Counted from the stretch's first letter, positions 24,290-35,451 are shown. The stretch: 64,000 nt of DNA from an uncultured Phycisphaerales bacterium (GCA_963772725.1 CAVYYI010000003.1:704001-768000), one strand, 5' to 3'. Translations and numbers: made by a program. Notes: generated by a model from the letters alone, not told the origin.

Positions 24290-25756
24290 CTAATATCGCC
24301 TGCCGGTAGTCTTACTGCCGCTCTGGTAATTCACGAAAAAGTACCGCAGCGCGTCGATTGGATGGTCATACAGGCCGTCTTTCAAAGGCAGTTCCGAGCC
24401 TGACCCAGCGGAAAAATCCGGATAATGATAACAGCGCAAAGCCTCAATCAGCCTTTCACAGCGGGGAGAAATCACAAGCGTGCTTTTGCCGCCGCCGCAG
24501 CAAAGCGCCCTGCGAATAAGTTCCACGCCTTCTAAAATTCTGCTCGGCCTGTATCGAACGGCTATGCCCAGGCCGCGAAGTTCGCGCACCGCGCTTGTGC
24601 CGGTAACATCATTGACACCCGCACCGGCAGGGTCGCAGAATGTCGCGGCCACCTTCGCCTCACCGCCCGGCGTCCGCGCCTTCAACGCCTCCGCGTGTGC
24701 CGCTATCGCCAGCCTGCTGCGAATGTACTCATCCAGGACACGGACAACCCCGCCCGCATCCACCTGGAGCCACAGGCATACAAAAGGATTAACAAACCCG
24801 AAATCCAGCGTCCGGTAGAGCGGCAAATCAGGATTGTATTCGACCTGTTTAACGTGAATAGACTCATCGAACTGGTCAAAGACGACATTCTCCAGGTTCG
24901 GCCTGCGGCAAAGCATCTCCGACTCCCAGCCCGCCCTGCTGGAGCGCCTCATCTGCGTTATGCAGTCGTCAATCTTCAAATAACCCGCCGCCTCTTTCGC
25001 CTTGCCCCCGCAATCACACCACAGCGGACAACACGAACAATTTCGCCCGACGCACTTTTCAATCGTCTCCCACAGGCACCACTTAAATACCGGCGTATTA
25101 TTCTGCCCCGCCCCTGAAACAACCTTATGCATCAGCCCGTAAGGTCGGTGCATCGTGCTGATAATCTCCATCGCCGCGGCTATACCATCTTTGCTCTGCG
25201 TGGTGAATTTCGCCGCCGCGAAAACCTCATCGTCAAACAGCTCAACCTCGTCGCACCGCAGCTTTTGAATATGCTGACCTCGAACGCTCGTCGCCGACTG
25301 AGTAAGCACCTCAACTCCTGAACCATTCGCGAATCCGCATTTCTCCTTAAGCATCGGCCCAGCGAGCTTTTCAGCAAAACCATTATGGATAAACTCTGTA
25401 AGATATTCATACATTCTGCCTGCCTGCTCGCCTGAGCCGCCCAGAATCCGCACCTGGCATTTCGGCTTAAACAGGCAATCCAGCAGCGTTGCCGCCGCCG
25501 CGAGTTCGGTCTTTCCGCCCGCGCGATTCGCCCAGACGATGCAGTCGCCATTTGCTTTTTTGTCAGCCGAGAAATCCCCGCCGAAACTGTGCCAGAGATA
25601 ATCCATCGGACTATTGTGTCCCTGGCAGATACTTTTACCCGGCACATCAATCCCCAGAAATACCTTGATATAATTCTTCAACTCCTGCTTTGTTCTCGGC
25701 CTGTACCGCCGCAGCGCAGAATATATCCCCTCCGCCTTCATTACGTTATTTACCAT
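24290..25756 (-). CDS. phage terminase large subunit
   Basis: Walker A ANRAGGKT, Walker B LRCDEVE, nuclease TLDFGFVNP, CDPAG, DHPIDALRY. Confidence 0.85.
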   Translation of the reverse strand: MVNNVMKAEGIYSALRRYRPRTKQELKNYIKVFLGIDVPGKSICQGHNSPMDYLWHSFGGDFSADKKANGDCIVWANRAGGKTELAAAATLLDCLFKPKCQVRILGGSGEQAGRMYEYLTEFIHNGFAEKLAGPMLKEKCGFANGSGVEVLTQSATSVRGQHIQKLRCDEVELFDDEVFAAAKFTTQSKDGIAAAMEIISTMHRPYGLMHKVVSGAGQNNTPVFKWCLWETIEKCVGRNCSCCPLWCDCGGKAKEAAGYLKIDDCITQMRRSSRAGWESEMLCRRPNLENVVFDQFDESIHVKQVEYNPDLPLYRTLDFGFVNPFVCLWLQVDAGGVVRVLDEYIRSRLAIAAHAEALKARTPGGEAKVAATFCDPAGAGVNDVTGTSAVRELRGLGIAVRYRPSRILEGVELIRRALCCGGGKSTLVISPRCERLIEALRCYHYPDFSAGSGSELPLKDGLYDHPIDALRYFFVNYQSGSKTTGRRY

Positions 25757-25779
25757 TATTTCCCCCATTTGATTATTAA

Positions 25780-25912
25780 CTCAAACTGACCGATTCGACC
25801 TGTCATACCCGCGCAAGCGGGTATCCAATATGAAATTTGCCGTAATGGATTCCCGCTTTCGCGGGAATGACATTGGGTGATAACTTTATGATTAACATAA
25901 GGTTATGTACTT
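25780..25912. repeat. MITE/REP-doublet element, inverted partial copy of 36188-36358
   Basis: CTCAAACTGACCGAT end plus paired hairpins ATACCCGCGCAAGCGGGTAT and ATTCCCGCTTTCGCGGGAAT. Confidence 0.75.
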
Positions 25913-26007
25913 CCGCAGGGTGAGTCGCAACCCCACCATTTATTTTTATCTACTGTTATCGGTGGGGTAAAGACCCCACCCTACCGACTACCCGGATTTA
26001 ATTTTCG

Positions 26008-28206
26008 TCAGGGACAATTCATATCTTCCAAATATTTTGGTAAAGTCTGGTCAGTTTTTTCATATAGCAGATATGCATCTTTGGGAACATTCCCTCCATC
26101 AATCCAAAAAGATATATCGACTTTTCCTTTTTTATTCCAGGACTTATATACACCATGCAACCTTCCATTCTTATAAGGAATTTCCTGCCATAATTTGCCG
26201 TTATCGTACCAACCTCTGACTAATCCATGCTTATGACCATTCTTAATAGGCGTTTCGTATGCAAGGTGACCGCTAATCCACCATCCGCGTTCTCCGACTT
26301 TTTGACCATTTAAGTAATATTCCTTTTTCTTAGAATAATGATTTTCATGGTCGTATTTAGTCAATGGAGACCTCTGAAAAACTATGCATTTTTACAAAAC
26401 ATTAATGCAATTATCAGCGGATATGATATAATGCGTCCATTCAATAGTCAATTTTATTGCATGGAGGCAAAAATAATGGAACGCACAAGCAATCAGCCCA
26501 CATTTCTCGACAGTTTAACCTCAGACCTCGGCGGTCGTCGCACCAGCGAGTTTTTCCAAAAGTGCGACCAACTTATCCCATGGAACGAGCTTGCCGAGCC
26601 GTTAAGGGATATGTACAAGAACAATACCGACAAAGGCGGAGCTTCCAATTATCCGCTGGTAATGATGATAAAGTGCATGATGCTCCAGAAGTGGTTCAAT
26701 CTCTCCGACCCGATGCTCGAAGAGATGCTCTGTGACCGTATATCGTTCCGGCGGTTTGTCGGCCTTAAAGATGGAACAGGCTGCCCCTGATGAAACCACC
26801 TTTGTGCAGTTTCGCAAACGTCTCAATGCTACACGGCCATATTGCCACATTATTTGAAAAGACCATCGCGATACTCAAATTTCGCGGCGTTATTCTTGAA
26901 GAAGGCACCTGCGTTGATGCTACTATAATAGAGGCTCCTCGCGGCAGAACGGCCAAAGACGGCATTTCCAGCACTAAAGACAAAGCAGCGAGCTACACGA
27001 AAAAGCATGGCCGCGTGTATCACGGCTATAAAGGTCATATTGCCACAGACCGCAACGGCATGATAAAGGATTATCGTTACGATACAGCCTCGACGCACGA
27101 CAGCAGACATATCGACGAGTTTGTTGAAAATGAAAAGCACAGTGTCTGGGCTGACAGTGCGTATATGGATAAGAAACGCAAGGCCGGGCTTGAAGAACGT
27201 GGCGTTTTCTGCGGCATTATTCAAAAACGTGTTCGCGGCCAGAAAGAATTGACACAGGCACAGAAATGGCATAACCGTTTGGTTGCCGGTATCCGTGCGG
27301 TGGTGGAGCATCCTTTTGCGTGGATGAAGAACACCGGCTACATCAGGACTCGATACCGCGGCATGAGACGAAACGCGTTGGATTTTGGGTTACATGTGAT
27401 AGCGTACAATTGGAAAAGGAGCTTTAGCTTGCAGATTATTGCCGCATAACGGCAGATGTCCGCGATGAGCAGACAAAAAGGTCTACAAAAGGCATAAAAG
27501 AATCCTTTGGTAAGGCCAGAAAACAGTTTTTGCGGTGTATCGAAATAATTTTTCGAAGCACTTCAGCCAAAAATATAAGAGAATAATAAAATGTGAGGTT
27601 TTTCAGAGGTCTCAATGGTATATCTTTTTCGGACGCATTTTCTGGAATCGCATAATTAATATTGTCCGCAATTTGTTGACCGAGACTTTTAATAATTTCT
27701 TGTATCATTTTATCTTTCTGTTCATCCCATAATGTTTCTTCCCATACCGAATCAATCTCTGACCGGGTGTACAGCATCTGAAGTGATGTCTTTTCTAAAA
27801 ATAAAATATATCTGCCTCCCTGCTTATAGGTGGGTACACGATAATCCTTATTTTTCCAGCGAACTTGAAAAATCACATTGATTATTTTCCCAGCCTGCGA
27901 TTTATCAATTACCATCGCTTTATCCGGGTCTGTATCGGGAGTCCCTTTATAAATCTTGGTGATCTTGAAATTCATTATCTGATAAGCCACATGGCCCGAG
28001 CCTTTAAATTCTACTAAATTTTGTGTATAACCCTCTTTTGTATAGCCGTCACGTACTGCTAAATTTTGTGGCTCACCCGCTACAATTAAACTGGATTCTT
28101 TACACAAATATTCAAGTGATGGTTGTAAAGGCATTTCAGCATAAACAGCCAAATTCATCAAGAGAAATGAAATTACTAAAAAATTAATATAAGAAACTCG
28201 TTTCAT
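26008..28206 (-). pseudogene. secreted protein with C-terminal MORN-variant (YwqK-like) repeats, split by IS5
   Basis: Removing the IS and one AATG joins ..EKDIPL-TKYDHE.. in frame (315 aa); repeats NGHKHGLVRGWYDNG, NGRLHGVYKSW. Confidence 0.85.
26367..27613 (+). mobile_element. IS5-family element; transposase 26476-27449 frameshifted ~26780
   Basis: 16-bp IRs GAGACCTCTGAAAAAC; 4-bp TSD AATG; LSDPMLEE, VDATII, YKGH, ADSAY, RAVVEHPF. Confidence 0.95.
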
Positions 28207-28527
28207 AATTCTATTCTCCTACTATAGATTATTTTATTTACCATTTACTATTACCACACATTCAGATATATCCAATTTTACTGTGAATGGAACCTTGCTG
28301 TATGCTCCTCCCCACCGTAAATCTTTTGCTGCATCCGGATATAAAACTAGGCAACAACACACAAACGATAATGAATTTATTTTCCCACATCTCGTCCATA
28401 CTCCTTATAAATATTTCCCGCTAAAGACCTTACCATAAGTTTACCCCCGCGGATTCGCGTTGTCCAGCGGTTAGTTTGCCCCCCTGCATAAAGCCGAGGG
28501 CTTCGGGAATAATTGTGTTTATTCGTG

Positions 28528-29590
28528 TTAATTCGTGGTTAAATATTTTACCATCAAACCCTGTTTGGCGTTTATCGTCGAAGATGGTATCGCAGACAGA
28601 TTGAGTAGTTCCAGTGCCAAATTGGCGCCGTCGCCGTTGCGAATCGGCTGTTTGGCAACCTTATAATCAGGCCTGCCGGTCCACGGGTCCATGCGCGACG
28701 CCCAATTAAGTGTGTAAAGGTCTTTGCCCGCCGAGACGCCCGTTCCCCAGACGAAAAACGGTATCGTATAATCGCACGGGTCTTTGGCGTCGGAATGGCC
28801 TTTTCCTTTTCCGCCGTGGTCAGCGGTAAGAATTATGACCGTGTTATTTTTCAGCTTCGGGTCGGTAGTTACAAAATTAAAGATAGTTCCAAGGCAGCCG
28901 TCCACAGTCTCAATTGCATTGCAGTAAGCTGCCCCTCCCCAGCCGTGCGCATGACCTGCCGCGTCGCCATCGCCAAAATGAATAAAAGCGTAATTAAAAG
29001 GCTCACTTTTCATATCCGCCACAAATTTTTCCGTTACCGCCGTCGAACTTTCCGTGCAGAAATAGGTATCGATTTTGCATTTGCCGTTGTCTGCCCCGAC
29101 ATTATCTGCCGCACCATTTGTCCAGTTGTACGACGTATCGAACAGCGAAAACTTCTCCTTTGTGGCGTACATCGCCGTTCGCAGGCCGTTATCATGCGCA
29201 ACATCGAACACGCTGGCCACATACTCGCCTTTTTTGCGATGAATGGTATCGTTTTTTGAAGGCTCGCCGTTGCTTGTCCAGTTATGCCCCAAAGCGCCCT
29301 TTTACTCCGCGGGCGGTAATCATCGTTGTGTGATTAGGCAGTGTCACCGTAATATCGTAATCGGTGCGGGCGTTCAGAGTCGATGCCCCTTCAACTTTGA
29401 GCCGCTTGAAATTTGGAACCTCATTATTATCAAGCATCTTCGCGAGATAACACGACCCCAGACCGTCAATGCTTATCTGGATAACATATTTTGCCGACGC
29501 GCCGGCGAAACCGGCAGAGCATATCAAAACAATCGCCGCGGCCAATATTATCCGCTTCACTTGCTCATTAAACATATTCACTCTCATCAA
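28528..29590 (-). CDS. alkaline-phosphatase superfamily phosphodiesterase, frameshift ~29290
   Basis: ISIDGL, TLPNHTTM, DAAGHAHGWG, TADHGG, IPF. Confidence 0.85.
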
Positions 29591-29632
29591 TCACCATCTT
29601 TCCTTATTCTGAGTTCTGTGTTCTGTTTTACT

Positions 29633-29682
29633 ATTCTTCGATTTTCTCTATTCGCTTGGCGTGTCTGCCGCCATCGAAAGGC
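29633..29682. repeat. 50-bp direct repeat of the rpiB 3' end (other copy 30917-30966)
   Basis: 48/50 identical; both encode FDGGRHAKRI.KIEE followed by a stop. Confidence 0.9.
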
Positions 29683-29966
29683 ATCATTTTTTGTGAGATG
29701 GTATCTTTAAACGAAGAAATTTATAGCAAAGGCCAGTGAAGCTATTATGTGCAAACTTTCAGTATTTTTAAATGTTACTGTACTTTTTCTTTTCTTGGGG
29801 TTTTGCTTTTCTCTTCATCTTTAGGCGGTAATATGGAAATTCCTTTTGAAATGTCACCTAAAACATGTCGAAGATACTCAGTAGTAACAGTGCCGTCCAA
29901 CTCCCATTGTTTCTGCATTCTATGGATTTTTTGTCAATCAACAGGTTTGTTGGTTTTATCGTAAGG

Positions 29967-30775
29967 CTAAGCGTTCTCAGATTTTTGTTCATAAATAGCT
30001 CTCCTGAAATCTTTATGTATCGCCCAGCGAAACATTCTATCTGTTGATATAAATCCTATTTCTATAGGACCTCCACAGATTGGCGGGCCATATCGGAATT
30101 TAAAGGCTTTAATTGTAATATGCAAATACGTATGAATAAAATCTATTGCTTCTCTTATAGGCAAATCAGTGAAACCAGCCGCAAGCAGTGGTGAGACTGC
30201 CATGCTAAAAACCTCGTTGAAAGCCTTTTCAATATCTGAATTTTCCGTAAGCAATTTTCTTTTTTTAAGTTCTGAAAATAGAATTTCAGGGAGTTTTGGA
30301 TCATAACCATGAAAAACTCTGCTGAAAAACTCAGGACAACCGGCGAATTGTGCCTGTCCGACTTCAAGTTTAACTATCTGTTTTGTATTACCATTGAAGA
30401 TGAGTTCGTAGCATTCAGGTAAATGTGTAACTGGGCTCCAGCCACCAAGAAAATATCCTACAAATCCTGTATTCCGGCCATCTTTGTATTCGTTTAAGAC
30501 TAACTTCTGAAAAGTGTTTGCGGCAGCCTCAACCGTTACTGTTTTTATATCAATTTGGTCTGCAAGTCTGGCGAAAGAGTACGATGACTAATTCTATTTA
30601 TACTTCCAGCACCCCATGTACATATGGCTAACCTGGAATGTTCTCCTACTTCAAATGTTTTTTGAGCATAATTGAATAATTGATTTACACTTTGAGGTGG
30701 AACGATAATAGTTGTGGTACTATCAGTACCAAATACCACACCCTCAGAGGTAAGATAAGCTGCGGCTATTGTCAT
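29967..30775 (-). CDS. Ntn-hydrolase / proteasome beta-subunit-like protein, split in three by frameshifts
   Basis: Starts MTIAAAY..EGVVFGTDS (Thr after Met, DS motif), K near residue 39, C-terminal CGGPIEIGFI. Confidence 0.6.
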
Positions 30776-30914
30776 TAAGAAAACGCCCTTTTTATTTATT
30801 GCGATTGTAAACCTTAATCAGAAACCGATCATTATAAAAGCAATGACAGTGCAATATTATAATACTTTTTAAGTATAAGTCAAACATTTTCGCTGGAAAA
30901 TCGGCAATCAAAAA

Positions 30915-31344
30915 TCATTCTTCGATTTTTTGTATTCGCTTGGCGTGTCTGCCGCCATCGAAAGGCGTATTAAGCCAAAGCTCGACAATCTCCATCGCCT
31001 CTGAAATCGCCATCATCCTCTCGCCGAGCGAAAGCACGTTCGCGTCGTTGTGCTGCCTGCTTAACCTTGCCGAGCGCAAATCCCAGCACAAACGCGCAGC
31101 GGACGCCCTTTACCTTGTTGGCGACCATCGCCTCGCCGTTGCCCGAACCGCCCAGCACAATTCCGCGTTCAAATTCCCCCGCCGCCACCGCCTTTGCCAC
31201 CGGCCTGATAAAATCCGGATAATCACACGAATCCGTCGAATACGTCCCGAAGTCTTTCACATCGTGACCTTCCTCGACGAGGAACTCCCTGACTGCCTCC
31301 TTATATAAAAACCCCGCATGGTCCGAACCTATCGCTATCTTCAT
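30915..31344 (-). CDS. rpiB: ribose-5-phosphate isomerase B, frameshifted
   Basis: MKIAIGSDHAG, DYPDF, GIVLGGSGNG, ANKVKGVR, FDGGRH. Confidence 0.9.
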
Positions 31345-31932
31345 AACTTAACCCCTTTCACCGTCAATTCATCTTTCGATTTTTTCCAAAATCTAAACCC
31401 CAAAATTTATCTGTGTTTATTCGTGGTTAATTTTTTTATTCTTCCTCATTTTACTGAATATGCGAAAAATATCAAAAAAATTGTCCTGATAAATTTGCCT
31501 TTTCTTTTTTATAGCTTATACTTTAATTAGAAAGCTGTGGTGAAAAAAAATTAGGGTTTGGCTTTGGAGGATGTGAGCTGAAAAAAATTGAATATCGCAC
31601 AGTCGTTGTTGTGCAAGAGAGACGAGCCTGACAAAAAGTTTTAAAAATCAGAGGCTTCGTCTCTCTTTTTTCCCGCGCATAAAAACAATAACACCCCTTA
31701 CTCTTTATTAGCAATAAAAATGAACCCCCTACCCGCTATTACCTTGTGCTGTAATAGTAATTCTCTTCTTCAAAGACCGGTTCCTGCCTGAGCATATCCA
31801 TTCTCTCACGGCACAAAACTTTGCCGGTAATTTTTGCGTATTTACCAGCTTTGGTTCTTTTCAGAAAAGTCAATAAAACCTTTTCCTGTTTTATTCTTTT
31901 AGTCTGGGTTTTTATCATTGGTTTCTTTGCCA

Positions 31933-32703
31933 TTAAGCTTCTTTTAATATCTCATCAAGATGCTTATATATTCTATCTCGAGCTCCTAGTGAAGAAAACT
32001 GCTTTCCAACTACATCCGAAAACCGTGCTAAAACTTTGCTGTTAATTTGAGTTTGGTCTTCAAAAATAGCGGTACTTTTAAAATCATACCCCCATCTCTC
32101 GAATTGATGAAGCGTAATTGTGGCATCTCTACATTTATCATCGTTAGGTATAGCAAATATGAATAAAGGATGTTTCATTCCATTTACTTTGCAGTCTATA
32201 GGGTATATACCATCTGGATCCTTTTGGGAATCAGTATAATTGAAAACACGTCTTGCACCCGGAATTCTTTCCTCAATCAATTGTCTGAAATCTTCCCAAA
32301 AAGTTGATCTAACATGTTCCCTTGTCCAATATGCCGTATCACTGATTTTCACTAAAGCTTGTACAAACGAGAAAAGAGCATCACCAAATGATTTGTCCGG
32401 TACATTCAATGAAAATTCGCCGGATTCATTTCGCACTCTAAAATTAAGCAGTGTCTGTTCAATTATGCTTTTACGTGTTCCACGGGAAACATCTACTTCA
32501 TCGTAACTGAGATGCATAAGAGTATGGCCTTCGTCAGAGTAAACCCAATTATTATCCAGTCTCTTAAGTACTATTACAAAATGATCTCCATCATCAAACA
32601 TAAAAGGTGTGTAAACGATAAAACGTTCCAAACCCTCCGATTCAACATCAATTTCATCACAAACTTTTTGTTTAAGTTCTTTTTTAAGTTCTGTAGCATT
32701 CAT
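31933..32703 (-). CDS. DUF1828/DUF1829-like protein
   Basis: TPF..DGD, SDEGHTL, RSTFWED, nuclease-like C-terminus; AT-rich. Confidence 0.7.
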   Translation of the reverse strand: MNATELKKELKQKVCDEIDVESEGLERFIVYTPFMFDDGDHFVIVLKRLDNNWVYSDEGHTLMHLSYDEVDVSRGTRKSIIEQTLLNFRVRNESGEFSLNVPDKSFGDALFSFVQALVKISDTAYWTREHVRSTFWEDFRQLIEERIPGARRVFNYTDSQKDPDGIYPIDCKVNGMKHPLFIFAIPNDDKCRDATITLHQFERWGYDFKSTAIFEDQTQINSKVLARFSDVVGKQFSSLGARDRIYKHLDEILKEA

Positions 32704-33218
32704 TTTGAATCTCCTTCAACATCAAAGAGAGATGGTTCCTGATTAAGTAATAAAAATCCGTTCATACGAATAAAAGCATCTAAAGCCGTACCAATAGAAG
32801 AATACTCCTTTGTAACTTCCGCATAACCATCAATTTTTAGACCTTCATCCTGATATCGCTGTGTCGCCGTATGTATATGAAACATATTCCTAAAGCTACT
32901 ATTGGATTTACCTTCCATCTTTTCAAGTCTGTTTGTATGTGACGAAGGATGTTTACCATTAAACCGTCTGATTCTATATTCAACACTATCATCATCGATG
33001 AATATAAGAATAATGGAAAAATCCAGTGGGTTTATAATATTTTCACGAACTATTATTCGAAACTTATGCCCCTGCTCACCTTGTATATCAAAATCTCGTT
33101 TTTTATAACTCAAATTTGGAACGGGACGTGGTTCTAATCTCAGTTCCCAGTTTTTAGGTAAAGGCTTATGTTCTGTTAATAACTCACTGATTTCTGAATC
33201 TTTAAGAACTCTTGCCAT
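32700..33218 (-). CDS. hypothetical protein coupled to the DUF1828 gene
   Basis: ATGA overlap; IRRFNGKH..HTN and FHIH motifs. Confidence 0.7.
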   Translation of the reverse strand: MARVLKDSEISELLTEHKPLPKNWELRLEPRPVPNLSYKKRDFDIQGEQGHKFRIIVRENIINPLDFSIILIFIDDDSVEYRIRRFNGKHPSSHTNRLEKMEGKSNSSFRNMFHIHTATQRYQDEGLKIDGYAEVTKEYSSIGTALDAFIRMNGFLLLNQEPSLFDVEGDSK

Positions 33219-33400
33219 TTTCTAAACTTCCCAGTTTTTTTCCTATTTGCCTGCAATTGTCATATAATTTTATTATGTGACGAACACAACGATTATATAT
33301 GATAGCTAATAATACTGCTTAAAGTCAAATATGTTTTTACAAAGCATTTCTTTTGTTCTATTATTACTTATCATCGGCCAAGATTTAGTTACTCATAAAA

Positions 33401-33817
33401 TTATTTTTCCTCCGCCAGCACATTGAGTAGCCGCATAGCCGTCGAGTCGCTTAAATGTATCTCGCGAGCATCCCCATCATCCTTTTCCGGCTCATTGCTT
33501 TTCTCTGCCGATCTCGCAAACGAGATAATATCCAGGCACGCATGCCGCGCTGTTTCCTCCTTTTCAGATTCGGTCAGCGCGACAAGCTTCGCCGCAGCCA
33601 GCGGGGCGTACTTGGCGATAATCATTTCGCTGTGTCTGCTGAACCATTCAATGCGCCTGCCGAACTCCGCCTCGAACTCCAGCTGAGTTCGCCACTTCTC
33701 ATAGACCGCCCTGTCGATGCCGTGCTTTTCAAGAATCGCGCCCTCATCCATCTCCCCGCTGAACATATCATCTATCACCGCCCGCTGCCTTTTGCTCAAT
33801 CGTTTTTCCCTGCCCAT
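33401..33817 (-). CDS. phage HTH protein, possible terminase small subunit
   Basis: LSKRQRAVI..., HGIDRAVYEKWR..EF, helical AAAKL..L..E.ETAR.ACLDII. Confidence 0.55.
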   Translation of the reverse strand: MGREKRLSKRQRAVIDDMFSGEMDEGAILEKHGIDRAVYEKWRTQLEFEAEFGRRIEWFSRHSEMIIAKYAPLAAAKLVALTESEKEETARHACLDIISFARSAEKSNEPEKDDGDAREIHLSDSTAMRLLNVLAEEK

Positions 33818-33847
33818 AACGCAAAACTCCTGATTTCAATTTAGGAT

Positions 33848-34267
33848 TTATTCTGTCTTCTGTATTCTGTCTACCGAATTCTCTTCCATCACCCATTCGT
33901 ACGCCTGCGGGTCTTTGTCCTTTGCCCAGGGCAACTTCATTATGCCCCTCATCTGCTTGATGCGTTCTTCCCGAGGCCAGTTCGTGCGTACATTTTTCCA
34001 GAACTCATCTGCTGTAATGGGGTTTTTGGGCTTCTGAAACTCGTGCTGGTTTTTACCCGGCGTTTTCATCGCCTTGAGCCTGTCAAGAATCCTTTTACTG
34101 CTTGGGCGCCGGGTCATCGAGAACCTTGTGGTCTCTGACCGCTTTTGTCAGCATCGCCTCATCGTAACTGCCCAGCGCGGAAAACCAGTCATTCAGCACA
34201 AAGCTTTCAATGTCCCATTCAGGCCATCTTGCCGCAACCTGTTCGATAAACCATTGATTAAACTCAT
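33848..34267 (-). CDS. phage helicase loader/inhibitor-like protein, frameshifted
   Basis: W..AL..YDE..L.KAVRDH pattern; overlaps the initiator stop codon. Confidence 0.45.
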
Positions 34268-34830
34268 TTAGCTCCACTTTCCAAAAACCTCCTGCTCTCT
34301 GCTTGCAAAGCCGCTTGTGCCCGCTTGCGCCTAATCTGGCTAAAAGTCTTAATTTTGTTTTCAGAAGAAAAAGAGGGGTTGCAATTACCATTCTTTTCAT
34401 TCTTTTCATTATTAACATTATTGTCTGTGTTCGGTCGTTGTTCGGTCGTTGTTCGATTGATGTTCGTTAGTTGTCCGCTTGGTGTCCGCACGTTGTTATA
34501 TCTGCTGTAATTACAGACAGTTATGCGAGTCGTTACCTGTTCGGTTTTGAGTTCAACCATGTGTTCGTTTTTTAACAAGTTTAAAAACCTTACTACTTTC
34601 GACCTCAACCATTTCCAGCGTTTCGACCACGTCAAAAGGGACTTGAGCGATTCGCCGTAATTGCTGGTCAGAGACGTCATTCCGATAACAACCTGTTGGG
34701 GTTCGTGATTGTGTTGAGCCTCCATGAGAATATCGAGCCATGCCTCGGCCTTGGAGAATGAGCGTTTTTCCTTCCATAGAAAATTGTCCCTGATTTTCCT
34801 ATGCAGAGCTATGTAACCCAGATTTTTCAT
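34264..34830 (-). CDS. phage replication initiator / replisome organiser
   Basis: GYIALHRKI...W...AWLDIL..A, RWKW.RSKV.RFL..L, ITVCNY..Y, low-complexity N/K linker. Confidence 0.8.
   Translation of the reverse strand: MKNLGYIALHRKIRDNFLWKEKRSFSKAEAWLDILMEAQHNHEPQQVVIGMTSLTSNYGESLKSLLTWSKRWKWLRSKVVRFLNLLKNEHMVELKTEQVTTRITVCNYSRYNNVRTPSGQLTNINRTTTEQRPNTDNNVNNEKNEKNGNCNPSFSSENKIKTFSQIRRKRAQAALQAESRRFLESGAK
34428..34493. repeat. six tandem 11-bp iteron-like repeats (TGTYCGnnnnn)
   Basis: tgttcggtcgt, tgttcggtcgt, tgttcgattga, tgttcgttagt, tgtccgcttgg, tgtccgcacgt; adjacent to an AT-rich tract at 34385-34422. Confidence 0.8.
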
Positions 34831-34842
34831 ATTCGTATTCCT

Positions 34843-35439
34843 CTATTGACCGGTAAATTCTTTTGCGATTCTTGTAATCGCCTCAGCACGGCGTGCCGCT
34901 TTTGTGCCGCCTTTACTCATCGCCTTTTCAAGAGCCTGTTCAATAATCTCCCGCTCAGCGCCGCTTACAAAAAACACCAAAGACTCAATCAAACATCCTT
35001 TCGTCTCCGCGGGCCTTTCAGGCATTTTCATATTGATAAGCTGCTCAATCTGTCCCGCCGTCTGCGGCAGGAGCCTGCCGAGTTCGCCCGCCGCCATTTT
35101 CTCACGCAGCCTTTTCAATAACGCTAACTTTTTATCGAGTATGTCTGTTCCGCCCAGCCGGTTAAGAGTCGTCAACAGAATGTCCGTCTGCACATCGTCA
35201 ACATCCCACACGACACAATCAGCGGCCTGGTATTTAAGCTGCATCAGCGCCTTGCGCCGATGATGCCCGTTAATAATCTCAAAACACCCCTGCCTTTTCG
35301 GGTGAGGCCGAACAACCAGCGGCTCATATCTGCCCGTCCGCTCAATGTTGCGAACCAGCTTGGCGAAATTCGCCTTGCTCATCCTGTTCGGATTGTCAGG
35401 ATGTTCAAAAAGTTTTGACAATTCTATCGAATACAACAT
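34843..35439 (-). CDS. ParB/Srx N-terminal domain protein
   Basis: HPDNPN, LVRNIERTG..EPLVVR, IINGHHR. Confidence 0.9.
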   Translation of the reverse strand: MLYSIELSKLFEHPDNPNRMSKANFAKLVRNIERTGRYEPLVVRPHPKRQGCFEIINGHHRRKALMQLKYQAADCVVWDVDDVQTDILLTTLNRLGGTDILDKKLALLKRLREKMAAGELGRLLPQTAGQIEQLINMKMPERPAETKGCLIESLVFFVSGAEREIIEQALEKAMSKGGTKAARRAEAITRIAKEFTGQ

Positions 35440-35451
35440 TTTCCAATTTCC

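Noticed and set aside
31430..33415. Tail duplication around the DUF1828 islet
   Set aside because: Only a weak ~12-bp AT-rich similarity, not significant
34428..34493. CRISPR array (here or elsewhere in the window)
   Set aside because: No spacer-separated repeats and no cas genes seen
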